A stretch of DNA of 64,000 nt. Origin: an uncultured Gammaproteobacteria bacterium. Its GTDB lineage: Bacteria; Pseudomonadota; Gammaproteobacteria; UBA9214. Shown here piece by piece: positions 25,035-35,370 of this stretch; position 1 is the stretch's first letter; the number at the start of each line of letters is the position of its first letter. Location of the stretch: contig CAVYZN010000008.1 in assembly GCA_963773065.1 (NCBI GenBank), positions 64,001-128,000 on the forward strand, given 5' to 3'. The position numbers were made by a program, and so were the translations under genes. Under the pieces are notes generated by a model. It searched no databases and was not told where the DNA came from. It saw nothing but the letters and a program-made list of their open reading frames with translations.

Positions 25035-25844
25035 CTAGGAACCAAGAAATTCCTGAAGCGTGTCTCTTCTAAATACCTCCAGTTTACCGCCAGTTGTGCA
25101 GTTGGTGATCTCTCTGTCATGGGCTGTATACACCTGTCTCGCACGCCCGTACCAGACTTCACTCTCAAACAAATCTGGCAGGTGCCACTTCATTCCTCCC
25201 GCAAAATAATTCGGATCAAAGTGACTCTCATCCTTATCACCAGAGGTCACGACTTTGTTAGCCGGGCCGTTAGCCGCATAATTATGATCTGCCCCAACCA
25301 ACGCGACTCGGTGGAATCCCATGTGAAACGCGAGTTGCAAGGTAACCACGGTTACTGTATGGCCCTGAAACAGGCTCATAGATACATCCTTGGCAAATTT
25401 CTGATGATTTGTACTATGCAGGAAGGTAATGTTCTTTCGTGGTTTAACGAGTTTTTTCGAGGCGGCATAGCTGTCTAAATACAGTTCAATATCGGTCTGA
25501 TTGAAATACTCGGCATTTTGTTCGATTACGAACGGATTTACCGAGATAATACAATGCGGCCGGAAATCTACTTTTTCAAATAACAGGTTGATCTTATTAA
25601 GTCCGAAGCAAAAGGCCGGTGACGAACCAAGGAGTTGAAAATCGACATTCATCAGCGAAGGACCATTACACAGTATTACCGCCTTCTGGCCGACATGGCT
25701 GTCCTTGACTTCTTTCAGCCTCTTTCTTGAAACAAAAGACTGGAACTGCAAATCCCATCTCAGCCGGTTAAAAATCATGTCCAATCCATGCAGATATGGA
25801 TTGACCTGATTTCTAGTCATTACCAGCGGATTTTCTTTATCCAT
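25035..25844 (-). CDS. DUF115/Maf (MptE-like) protein, putative CMP-sugar-dependent transferase
   Basis: ILCNGPSL, FGLNKI, TVTVVTLQLAFHMGF..VALVGADH, HFDPNYF, NCTTGGKLEVF. Confidence 0.75.
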   Translation of the reverse strand: MDKENPLVMTRNQVNPYLHGLDMIFNRLRWDLQFQSFVSRKRLKEVKDSHVGQKAVILCNGPSLMNVDFQLLGSSPAFCFGLNKINLLFEKVDFRPHCIISVNPFVIEQNAEYFNQTDIELYLDSYAASKKLVKPRKNITFLHSTNHQKFAKDVSMSLFQGHTVTVVTLQLAFHMGFHRVALVGADHNYAANGPANKVVTSGDKDESHFDPNYFAGGMKWHLPDLFESEVWYGRARQVYTAHDREITNCTTGGKLEVFRRDTLQEFLGS

Positions 25845-25856
25845 GGAACGGACTCT

Positions 25857-26609
25857 TTACTCTGGGTCATGGAGTCTGACAGCAATGCCGCCATTAATAT
25901 CAAGCGCGGTGCCGGTTATGGATGCGGACTGATCGGATATTAGAAACAATGCTGCGGCCGCAATCTCCTCCGGCTTGGCCAAACGATTTGCCGGATGATA
26001 GTCCTTAAGCCTGCCATAAGCCGCCTCGTTATCACGGAATCCCGCGCGCAGCATGTCAGTATCGGTCGCCCCCGGCTGGATGATATTAATGCGTATCCTG
26101 CCTCCCAAATCAACAGCCAGGGATCGGGTAAGACCCAGCAGTGCGGCCTTGCTGGTCGCATAAGAAATGAAAGACGGCTTGGTTAATCTCGAGTGAATAC
26201 TGCCAATGTTAACGACACTACCCTTCGCTGTTGTCAGGGATTCCTGAAACATCTGTATCAGCAGCAATGGTGCTGTCACATTGACATCGATTGACTGTTG
26301 AAAGTCGGCCAGTTCCATGTTTTCCAGATGTGAGAGTTTCTGCACCGCCGCATTATTGATCAAACCCTTCAAAGTCCTTCCTGAAAGAGAATTACTGATG
26401 TATCCCAGAAAGTGACGTCGCGTTTCTTCATCGCGAACGATCATTGATAGATCAGCTTGCACATAACCATCACAGTCACAGTCGCCTATCAGTTCAGCAA
26501 GGTCAGTAGCCAGAACATAATATCCTGAGCCTCGGAACGCCGTGCACAAGGCCATTCCGATCCCGCCCCTGGCACCGGTTATCAGCACCGCATTACTTCG
26601 GGTACTCAT
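25857..26609 (-). CDS. SDR oxidoreductase
   Basis: TGARGGIG, NNAA, YATSK, PGATDT. Confidence 0.9.
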   Translation of the reverse strand: MSTRSNAVLITGARGGIGMALCTAFRGSGYYVLATDLAELIGDCDCDGYVQADLSMIVRDEETRRHFLGYISNSLSGRTLKGLINNAAVQKLSHLENMELADFQQSIDVNVTAPLLLIQMFQESLTTAKGSVVNIGSIHSRLTKPSFISYATSKAALLGLTRSLAVDLGGRIRINIIQPGATDTDMLRAGFRDNEAAYGRLKDYHPANRLAKPEEIAAAALFLISDQSASITGTALDINGGIAVRLHDPE

Positions 26610-27549
26610 GCAACAATATCCAAGAAACGGAGCAGTTCGGAGATTGCGCGGTCGTTGGTTCTGGCCACAGCCTCATTCGTATTGGAAGCATTGTGCGAAC
26701 CGAAGATGCAGTATGGTATTTCTCTCAAGGGAGAATCTGATGGTAGCGGTTCCACTTCGAAAACATCCAGGGCTGCTGAACGAACCTGGTCGGACCTTAA
26801 AGCATCAATCAAGGCTTGCTCGTCCACTAACCCCCCCCTCGCAACATTCACCACCCTAACACCCCGCTTGCAACGAGCCAGCGTCTCTCGATTCAGCATA
26901 TGGCGGTTACCTTCATTCAACGAGCAGGTTAGGATGATGAAGTCACATATCTCCACTTCTTTTGGCCACTCTACAATACGAATGCCGTCCATCTGTCTCG
27001 CTGGCGCATAGGCCGGGTCGTAGCAGATAACCTTCATATCTGCTGCGAGAAGACGCTTTGCCAGATTCCTGCCGATATCACCGTAGCCCACAAGGCCCAC
27101 CCATTTATCTGCCAAAGATATCCCTCGGTATTTTGGCCATCTGCCGCGTCTGATTTCATGATCGATCAGGAATGTTTCCCTTGCCAGCCCGATGACATAA
27201 CCAATCGCGATATCAGCCACCTCTCTGCCAAACATATTGGGTGTATTAGTTATTGGAATGCCAAGGTTCCTGCATGCTTCGAAGTCGACATTATCAACCC
27301 CGATACCCCATTTCACTGCCGCCTTCAGGTGGCCATGCTTACCTGCTTCAAAGACACGCCTACGTTGCCGGATCATCCCCAATGATCCAGGCATCATATT
27401 TTGGCACCAACTCAATTAATTCATCCTCCGACAACACTTGGACAACATCCGGACAATATGCCTTGATACCCAAAGGTCTCCAAATAGGGCAAATATTGCT
27501 CTTTCGTATGCAACATCGGCGGGCACGTAATTAACAATTCACAACCCAT
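26606..27549 (-). CDS. D-2-hydroxyacid dehydrogenase (phosphoglycerate-dehydrogenase-like); indels in the 5' part
   Basis: Reconstructed MGCELLITCPPML...WIIGDDPAT; KWGIGVDNVD, GYGDIG, VNVARG, LDVFEVEP, GSHNAS. Confidence 0.88.
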
Positions 27550-27587
27550 GGCACGGTTTTCCCTCGAAATCAACACGGTACCTTTTT

Positions 27588-28367
27588 CTAAGTAAATCTT
27601 ATAAACGAGTTACTATACTCATCGTTAATCGCAATGAAATTACCCCAGGAACTCGGGTCTTCAGTTTCACACGGATATCTCTTGATGCTTCTCCATGAAT
27701 GCTCGATTCCGTATCGCTCGATCGGGTACCATTCACTCATAAATACATCATAACCATGGTCAAGCAAGTAATTGCCAAGGTCTTTATACGTGTATCCGAT
27801 TTTCATCGTTTTGTTATCTTCAAATTCACATAAAACGACTTTTGGAGACAATTGTTCAAGCGTGCATCCTTTTAACACATTCAAATCATTATCCTTCCGT
27901 ATCCACTTTAATAAAGTCTATTATTCCAAGCGATTTATCTTTTACAAATCTGTTGAGCGTTCTGGTTTTTACCTTTTTTACCTCACGGTGTCCTTGAGTG
28001 AACGGCAACAATGACGAAATCCCAGTTGATTCATTGCTTACATAGAAGGAAAGTTCATGATCATCCACATCGGAAACAGCGAGGTCATACACGTGAAAGG
28101 TGGAGAATGTTTTTTCCAGATTGTGCAGTCTATTAAGCTTATTAGCATCGGGGTCAGGTTCAAAAGCATATACTGTCCAGCCAAGCATAAGAAATGGTCG
28201 CGCTGATTCGCCAAAGTGTGAACCGACGTCTAACATTATCCCCCTGTTACCAGTCTTCTTGAACAAAAGAAAACGAGTATAAGTTCATCGTATTTTCTAT
28301 TGATTTGATATTTAAGGTGCTTGTAATAAGCGCAATACAACCACTGTTTACTATTGAAATTTATCAA
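27588..28367 (-). CDS. FkbM-family methyltransferase, split by two indels
   Basis: MLDVGSHFG, VYAFEP, IDFIKVDTEG, VLCEFED across ORFs 27889-28266 and 27588-27884; start approximate. Confidence 0.85.
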
Positions 28368-28369
28368 GG

Positions 28370-28790
28370 ATAATCCCCTAGGGCCAGAAGCAGCGATGAT
28401 GCAGCCTTGCCAGTTCTTGATACGGTGTAATACCTCCCAAAGCCATATTCGATACTTCGGCATTGTACCGCCAGTATTATTGTGTTTCCATTTCCTGGGC
28501 ATACTCAATGGAAACGAACAGGTATGATCGGCCATACATGCCGCACGTTCCGGTTGACAGCTCAACATGCGCATTCGGCTGCGGCTTGCCTTGCTGAATG
28601 TAAGGCAATTGGATGCCCTGTCTTGTCCCCCCACGCCATGAGTTGACCGCTAAGGTATCCGGGCCATTGTCATAGCGCATGGCTTCCGGTTTATCACGGC
28701 ATCGATGATACGCTCAAATATCCGGATAACACGGGCCGGCACTGGTATATCTAGATTTGCGGGAGGTCAATAGTTACACCCAGACTCATG
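28370..28790 (-). mobile_element. Degenerate IS3-family transposase remnant (integrase core and C-terminus)
   Basis: Fragments RYDNGP, GIQLPYIQQGKPQPNAHVE, YLFVSIEYAQE, YNAEVSNMALGGITPYQELA resemble the IS3 rve motifs (DNGPE, PGKPxxNAYVE, YNxxRPxMALGGxTP) but carry stops and indels; boundaries approximate. Confidence 0.8.
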
Positions 28791-28896
28791 AAACACCCCA
28801 GGTCATGTTCCGGTAGTACGACATTTCTGTGAAGGATACCGTTTGTGTACCCTCGCTTGCTTCGCAGGAAGCAACCAATTGATAGGTACTGTCTCA

Positions 28897-29580
28897 TTAT
28901 TGCGGAGAAATCCCGTATCTTAGCAACGCTTCAGCCATCACCCAATCATCCTCTTCGTCGATATCAATGGACTCAAGACGTCGTACCTGATACATCATCG
29001 GCCTTTCCCCGATCCTGGCATTGGTTTTCAGAAAACTTTCCCTAGTAAAAATATACAGACATGAGTTTTCCTCATACCAGGGTTCCAGATCCTGGGTGCG
29101 CACAAGGTTTTCCGGATCATGATTAACCGGTGACAAATCTGCACGATAGAAGCGTGTTTGGTACCTGTTGACAGTGAACAGGGAATCTATGCCATCGGTT
29201 ATTGTAAACGTATCAAGAGCATCCCTGATTGTAGCTGCACTCAGTAATGGGTTGGTGGTATGGGTCATAAGATAGAGTTCTGACGGTTCCGCCTCGAGAT
29301 CATCCCTCAGGATGAGATTCATGCTGGTAAAATCACCACACAATTCTCCTTGCGATCACGTATATGGACCCTCATTCCTTCGGTCAAGACCATGCTCTTG
29401 CAGGATATGCCTGGCATCGGTATTGATCACAATCAAATCGACAGCTTCAAGCGACATCAAGGTATCTAGCACCCAGCGAAAAAGGGGTTTACCAGCAAGT
29501 ATACGAAAATTCTTGCCCGTAACCCTCTCGCTGTGCGCCTTCATCGGGAGCAGTGCTACGACTCTCTTTCCTTGATACAC
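28897..29580 (-). CDS. Acylneuraminate/ulosonate cytidylyltransferase family protein, one indel
   Basis: LLPMKAHSERVTGKN, INTD, THTTNPLL, RTQDL, YEENSCLYIF, IDIDEEDDW. Confidence 0.88.
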
Positions 29581-29591
29581 AACAACCCCCT

Positions 29592-30497
29592 TTAGTTTTT
29601 CGGGTAGAAGTATTTTTCCTTATTTCTCGCAGACAGCTTCCGGTGCATGTGATTACCTTTATAGGTCCCCCAGTACTGCATCAGGCGAAAGAGTAGGATG
29701 TTCTTGAACTCACTCAGCAGGACACGGTTCTCGGTCGCTTCGCGACAGTCATGCAGAACAGCGGCCGAATAATAACGTAGGATATCAACAATGCTTAATT
29801 GCAATTCAGGCATTATCTTCTGCAAGGCCCGGGATTCACGTTCATAGCGGTATTTTATGTTCCTCCAGTTTTCATTGTGTATGTGGTAAACGCTCGCCTC
29901 TGCAACATAGGCAATAGACTTATTGCCCTCCACCAAACGTTTCGCCAGATGCATATCTTCAAGCCCCGTTAGTTCTTCGTCAAACCGGTACCGTTGCCAT
30001 TCCTTTCTAAGGAGAGCCGCATTGGCGTTATTGCAGAAATAACCATCCTGAGGAATCTGACTGAGTGGGGGGTAGTATTTTTCGAAAACCCTATACTCAC
30101 TGAATTTGGATGTATCACGCCCGATTTGTCGACCATAGGTAAACACCGCATCTCCCTCAATGAGCGGCTTAATCAACCTGGAGAGCCAGACATTATTCAC
30201 GGGAATACAATGCCCACTGATAAATGCCAATATCTCGCCACTTGCCATGTCGCAGCCATGATTCAGCGATCGACCGAAGGTGAAATCCTTTTTACTGATA
30301 TGCGTGATTCTGCAATTGTATGCTTCGGCGATGGGAAGTGTCCTGTCTGTCGATCCGGAGTCGACGATAATTATTTCTGTTTCCGAATAGGGTATTTCCT
30401 GGGCTTTGATGGCATTGAGAAGCTCCTGCAAATAACGCTCTTCGTTGTAGGTTCTGATGATGATGCTTATCAACACAGCCAGAACTCCTGGACTCAT
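29592..30497 (-). CDS. GT2 glycosyltransferase
   Basis: SIIIRTYNEE, VDSGSTD, FGRSLNHG, FDEELTGLED. Confidence 0.88.
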   Translation of the reverse strand: MSPGVLAVLISIIIRTYNEERYLQELLNAIKAQEIPYSETEIIIVDSGSTDRTLPIAEAYNCRITHISKKDFTFGRSLNHGCDMASGEILAFISGHCIPVNNVWLSRLIKPLIEGDAVFTYGRQIGRDTSKFSEYRVFEKYYPPLSQIPQDGYFCNNANAALLRKEWQRYRFDEELTGLEDMHLAKRLVEGNKSIAYVAEASVYHIHNENWRNIKYRYERESRALQKIMPELQLSIVDILRYYSAAVLHDCREATENRVLLSEFKNILLFRLMQYWGTYKGNHMHRKLSARNKEKYFYPKN

Positions 30498-31264
30498 TTA
30501 CAATACAAGATTTCCAGTTTGAACTCCGGCTTTAGCATGTTATAGAGCAATTCAATTTCCTCAGGAAATACTCTATTGATCTCAAACATATCCCAGTGTG
30601 TCGGTACCAGTGTTTTTGCACCGATTGATTCAGCCAGATAAAATGCCTCGCGTATCGACATATTGCCAATCACCCTCTGCTTGTCCTTGCAGTAATTTCT
30701 TTCATTGACTGGCAGAAATGCAATGTCAATATGACCGCGACTTATAACTGCTTCTATTATTTCATCGCAAAGCGAGGTATCACCGGCATGATAAAGCCGG
30801 TAACCCAGGTATTCGAAAATGTAGCCGATTGCAGCCCAGCCACCACCGTCGATGAGTTCAATTTCCGGGTGCGAAGAAGGTACCGGGTAGATGACGAGTT
30901 CCGGGCACACCGTGACGGGTGCTTCCCTGACAGCAACCAACCTGCTTTCAGCTATACCGGCTTTCCTTAATTTGATGCAAACGGGAACGGGGCCGATGAA
31001 TACAGCCCGAGGAGATGACTGCGACACCGCCAGAAGCGTATCCTCGTCGCAGTGATCCCTATGCGCGTGGGTAATAAATACGCAGCCTGCATCATCTATT
31101 CTTTCAGGCAGGACCGGGACTGGCAATAATCGTCGCATATGACTGTCTTCCTTTTCCTGAACCGAGTTAGATAGGTAAGGATCTATATAAACCACACGCC
31201 CGCCAAACTGGTAGCGGTAACCAACCTGGCCCAATGGTCGAATCTTGATATCAGGTTTTTGCAT
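30494..31264 (-). CDS. MBL-fold metallo-hydrolase (UlaG-like)
   Basis: LGQVGY, IDPYLS, THAHRDH (HxHxDH), YHAGDT, PTHWDMF. Confidence 0.85.
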   Translation of the reverse strand: MQKPDIKIRPLGQVGYRYQFGGRVVYIDPYLSNSVQEKEDSHMRRLLPVPVLPERIDDAGCVFITHAHRDHCDEDTLLAVSQSSPRAVFIGPVPVCIKLRKAGIAESRLVAVREAPVTVCPELVIYPVPSSHPEIELIDGGGWAAIGYIFEYLGYRLYHAGDTSLCDEIIEAVISRGHIDIAFLPVNERNYCKDKQRVIGNMSIREAFYLAESIGAKTLVPTHWDMFEINRVFPEEIELLYNMLKPEFKLEILYCK

Positions 31265-32774
31265 AGTTGAGGATACATACAGTTCCGGTCATAACGGCCA
31301 GCCAGGGCAGCATCACATTCCTTTCATAGGTAAAAAAACTCAGATTGAACGCGCGGTATGAATACCCTGAACAATACCACGCATAAAAACCAAGGTATCC
31401 GATCACCAATGCCATCGGGAAGGCATATACATCAATGACGGGATACAGCACTATGCTCAACGAGAGCATGATAACTCCGGTAATCCCGTTAGCGATGTGC
31501 CACACAATATGATTAGTGATGCTATAAAGTTGGATGTGCATGGCGCCAAACCGTTCAAAGAACAGGCCGAAACCGAGCAATGACCACATCATCGTGTCAG
31601 GAAATTCCACATTACTCCGCATGAACGTCAATAGGCTATCTGAGAACCAGCCGACGAGAAAAAACCCCGCGGTAAACACGAGGTAAGCCATTCGCATACC
31701 TTCTTTTGCAAAAGAGATTATTTCGCCCGTCCTGTGACTCGCATACAATCTAGCGAAAACCGGCAACTTGGTATAGAAAGGTGCTTGGGAGAAGGAACTG
31801 ATTGTGCGGATTAGCTGTAATCCAAGTAAATATGAAGCTACCGAGCTAGCTTGTCCAAGCTGTGCGTAGATAATGCCGCTCAGTTGTATCAACCCAGCAG
31901 ACATCAGCACCCCTACACCTGATCTAAGGGCAGTTGGCCAGACTACTAACCACACAGTCTGCATATCCTCTGCAGTTATGTTGTTACACTCTAACTTTGC
32001 TCTCATCTGTTTCTTAAGATAGATATTAATTGCCACGTTGATACCGAGTATCGTCTGGTACGCCACGATGCTCCAGAACAGCCCGCCGCCCATTGCAAGC
32101 GCTAGCGCCGCCATCACGGTTGCCAGTAGTGCAGTTATCATCTGCCAGCGCTGCACCCTTGCGATCTCATTGATTCCCTGCAAATAGGCAGCATAATAGT
32201 TCCCAAATAACATCCAGCAGGATGAGAGTAGTACTACAAGCCATGCTAACCATGCCAACTTTGTGTTGGCAGTATTCGCTATCGGTCCGCTCAGTACCAA
32301 AGAGCCCAGTATTGCACCAACGCAAAACGCCAGCAGGGTGATTTTTCTATATGTGCGCAACATAACCTGGTCTATACAAGATATTGTTGACCAGTCAGGC
32401 TCTGTCTGTATCTCTTTATCCCTTTTTATGTTCCTAATTGCGAGTATGTCGCTGGCTGTCGCACCACCCATTCCATAGGAAATGAACCGGGAGAATGTTT
32501 GCAGAAAACCCATGTCAACAATCAACTGCAATGCCATCAGTGAACTGAACAGATACCAGACAATCACTTCCTCGTCAGGAAGTGTCGTGAGGACCATCGG
32601 CAGAAGAAGAACAAGCCCTAGGGTACGAATCAGCATATTGCCCCAGGTCATAAATGTCGCCGAGTGCCAGAGTCTATTAATCATTACTGGCCATTTCCGG
32701 CAAACCGACAGTGGAGAATTTATCGTATTGATTTTTGACTCTGTGTCTTTCATCTCATGTATTGGTGGATTCAC
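31251..32774 (-). CDS. Wzx/MOP-like oligosaccharide flippase
   Basis: About 12 hydrophobic segments, DMGF motif after TM2, located among glycosyltransferase genes. Confidence 0.7.
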   Translation of the reverse strand: MNPPIHEMKDTESKINTINSPLSVCRKWPVMINRLWHSATFMTWGNMLIRTLGLVLLLPMVLTTLPDEEVIVWYLFSSLMALQLIVDMGFLQTFSRFISYGMGGATASDILAIRNIKRDKEIQTEPDWSTISCIDQVMLRTYRKITLLAFCVGAILGSLVLSGPIANTANTKLAWLAWLVVLLSSCWMLFGNYYAAYLQGINEIARVQRWQMITALLATVMAALALAMGGGLFWSIVAYQTILGINVAINIYLKKQMRAKLECNNITAEDMQTVWLVVWPTALRSGVGVLMSAGLIQLSGIIYAQLGQASSVASYLLGLQLIRTISSFSQAPFYTKLPVFARLYASHRTGEIISFAKEGMRMAYLVFTAGFFLVGWFSDSLLTFMRSNVEFPDTMMWSLLGFGLFFERFGAMHIQLYSITNHIVWHIANGITGVIMLSLSIVLYPVIDVYAFPMALVIGYLGFYAWYCSGYSYRAFNLSFFTYERNVMLPWLAVMTGTVCILNYAKT

Positions 32775-32979
32775 AGGCTTTTACCCAGCAAGCATCATGA
32801 GCGTTATGTTCATATAACAGACACAACATTCGACATAAATAGCCGGAGGTTGGAATCTGACGGAGGGTATATATATAAAGTGATTCGGGAACCCGCTGCT
32901 TCCCTTGTGCTATCTGCACGCAAACAGTTCAGGTGATATTCCCCTGTAGCAGAGTCGTACCAATACCGTTTATTCCCGC

Positions 32980-34173
32980 TCATCTAGCAACTGTTTTCAG
33001 ATAATCTGACAATACTGTCCCTTGTCTGAACCAGCAAGGAATATCAATGGCAGGCTTGCAAGGTGTATCCAATTGTTTGAGTAATGCACGCACCAGTTCA
33101 TTAACGGCCTCAGGTTGGAACAAGGCATGCACACACCCTTTCATCAGATCAGCCATTTCGCCGGTGGACGCAGTGACTACGGGTGTATTGCAGGCCAGCA
33201 TCTCAAAAAACTTTTGTGGGAAACAATAGCGGCCGAAGCTAGAATCTCTATTGGAAACGATCCCGACATCCAAGGCACCAAAGAACTCAGGCATGGCCGT
33301 ATACTTGAGTTCTCCAAGATAGTGAACATCCTTGTTTCTGGGAATTTCAGTGTACTTATCGACAGGGCCTGCAAGTACAAGATGGATGTTAGGATTTACT
33401 GCTTTCAATTCCGTGTGGGCCTGAAATACCACATCGATACCACGACTGCCGGCGAGCGCCCCACCATAACCAACAAGAATCTTACCTTCAGGCAAATGTA
33501 GCTTCCGACGACAATCAATCCTGTTGCGCGGTGAGAATCGTTTTATATCCACGGCATTGCTTATTATCTGTGGCGTAATCTGCAATCGGCATTCATTCTG
33601 TACATAAGATGCAAGCGGCTGGCTCACGCACACAATGCCATCCGCCCGTTTCAGTGCACGCCGAAACAGCGATACCGCCCCCGGTATTCGAGCAGCGGAG
33701 AAACTCTCATAGTTGTCATAGAGGTCAGCTACATGAGGCAATCCGTGCTTTGCCGCCAGCCAGCTCCCGATGACAACATGAAATACATCGGAAACTGACA
33801 GCACGATATCTGCCGCACACATGGTGACTGCCGAATTTATTCTTTCCAGATAAGTGCGGAAGCCACCGAATGGATTTGGAAAAAGTCTCACTGTATCCCA
33901 GGTAAAATTTCCAACCTCAATACACACACCCCCTCCATCGTCCCCTGATCGCCGGTAATCAAGTGCAATACCATAAACCGAATGCCCCAGTGACGCCAGA
34001 ACCCGGGCAAACTCGTAAACTCGTCCATAGTGATCCTTCAACATGTCCTTGCCGGTATAAAAACGCTTTGAAAGCACCAGAACCTTCATCGGCTGACTGG
34101 AATCATTGCCCGACAGCATTTCCCAGAAAACAACCAGTATGCAGTCTGCAAATACACATTTCTGAATCGGCAT
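32980..34173 (-). CDS. GT4 glycosyltransferase (likely start at 34089, MKVLVLSKR)
   Basis: ISNAVD, YGGALAGSRG, FPQKFFEMLACNTPVV GT-B motif. Confidence 0.85.
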   Translation of the reverse strand: MPIQKCVFADCILVVFWEMLSGNDSSQPMKVLVLSKRFYTGKDMLKDHYGRVYEFARVLASLGHSVYGIALDYRRSGDDGGGVCIEVGNFTWDTVRLFPNPFGGFRTYLERINSAVTMCAADIVLSVSDVFHVVIGSWLAAKHGLPHVADLYDNYESFSAARIPGAVSLFRRALKRADGIVCVSQPLASYVQNECRLQITPQIISNAVDIKRFSPRNRIDCRRKLHLPEGKILVGYGGALAGSRGIDVVFQAHTELKAVNPNIHLVLAGPVDKYTEIPRNKDVHYLGELKYTAMPEFFGALDVGIVSNRDSSFGRYCFPQKFFEMLACNTPVVTASTGEMADLMKGCVHALFQPEAVNELVRALLKQLDTPCKPAIDIPCWFRQGTVLSDYLKTVAR

Positions 34174-34194
34174 GCGGGGAACACAGACATATGC

Positions 34195-35274
34195 CTAACC
34201 GGTAGTGCGGGTCATGATATCGAAATAACGCTGCGCGATCCGGTACCATTCGAATCGCTCACCGACAAAGATTCTGGCTTCTTTACCAAGCCTATTCCTC
34301 AATGCAACATCCAACAGGTATTTGTTGATCTCCTGAACGAACTCATCCTCGTTTCCCGCTTCGACGAGTATCCCGTTCTTTCCGTCCATTACCGCCTCCT
34401 GCAGGCCTTCTAACTTGGCGGCAATTACCCAAGTACAACTTGCTCCGGCTTCCAGGACTACCAGGCCGAAACCCTCGATATCTCCTGCTACCTGTATATT
34501 CGGTTGAATATACAGGTCAGCGATTGCGTATAATTGCTTCTTCTGGTCCTCATCGGCATGGCCTAGTAAAACTACACGGTCGTCCAGATGATTTTCCATT
34601 ATGGCATGTTCAATAGCCGGACGGTCTTCGCCTTCGCCGACGACAAGGTAAATCACCTCTTCGGGCAACTTCGGCATCACCGATGCTATAAACCAAGCCA
34701 CTCCCTTACGCCTCACCAGGCGACCAACCGTTAGAATAATCCTTTTATTTTCATTTGCTACACCAAGCAAGGCAGTCAGATCACTCTTATCGGGATCACA
34801 ATAAAAGTCCCGGAGATTAACACCATTGGGGACAACCTCAACCTTCTCTGCCGGTAATCCACGTCTGATGCATTCCCTGCGCGTTTCTTCACTCACAGCG
34901 ATAAACAGGTCAATCCTTGGCATGAAACGACGAATCCACAAACGCTGATAAATATGGTTGGGAAATGTCACATCCAGTCCATGAATAATACACACCACTT
35001 TTTTGTTCGACAGGAGTTTGATAAACCATCCGATAATGGACAACATGCCATCGCCCAGCAGAATGGCGTCATATTTTGGGAGGAGTACGAGGGCCCTGAG
35101 CAATACCAGCGGCAGAAAGAAAGGAAGATTCTTCTTACCATGGCGATTAGCGATTATTTTTACTTCAGCCATGGCGGCCAGACTGGTAAATAACTCATAG
35201 TTTTGCCGCTCGATACCGCCGATGACCGGGGGATATGCCCTGGAGAGACAGAGAAATCGGAAGATCGGATTCAT
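34195..35274 (-). CDS. GT4 glycosyltransferase
   Basis: YPPVIGGIE, HGLD, VPNGV, VGRLVRRKG, EGFGLVVLEA. Confidence 0.9.
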   Translation of the reverse strand: MNPIFRFLCLSRAYPPVIGGIERQNYELFTSLAAMAEVKIIANRHGKKNLPFFLPLVLLRALVLLPKYDAILLGDGMLSIIGWFIKLLSNKKVVCIIHGLDVTFPNHIYQRLWIRRFMPRIDLFIAVSEETRRECIRRGLPAEKVEVVPNGVNLRDFYCDPDKSDLTALLGVANENKRIILTVGRLVRRKGVAWFIASVMPKLPEEVIYLVVGEGEDRPAIEHAIMENHLDDRVVLLGHADEDQKKQLYAIADLYIQPNIQVAGDIEGFGLVVLEAGASCTWVIAAKLEGLQEAVMDGKNGILVEAGNEDEFVQEINKYLLDVALRNRLGKEARIFVGERFEWYRIAQRYFDIMTRTTG

Positions 35275-35370
35275 GGTTGCCTCTCACAATACTTTGTCAT
35301 AGGAACTGGGTAACGTTATGATGCTGCAACTGGAAGCAAATCCGTCCTCTAACCTCCTGAGTTACGCTGG

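Noticed and set aside
28236-28680. ORFs 28236-28634 and 28477-28680 as novel small genes
   Set aside because: They are read-throughs of the IS3 remnant and the frameshifted FkbM 5' end.
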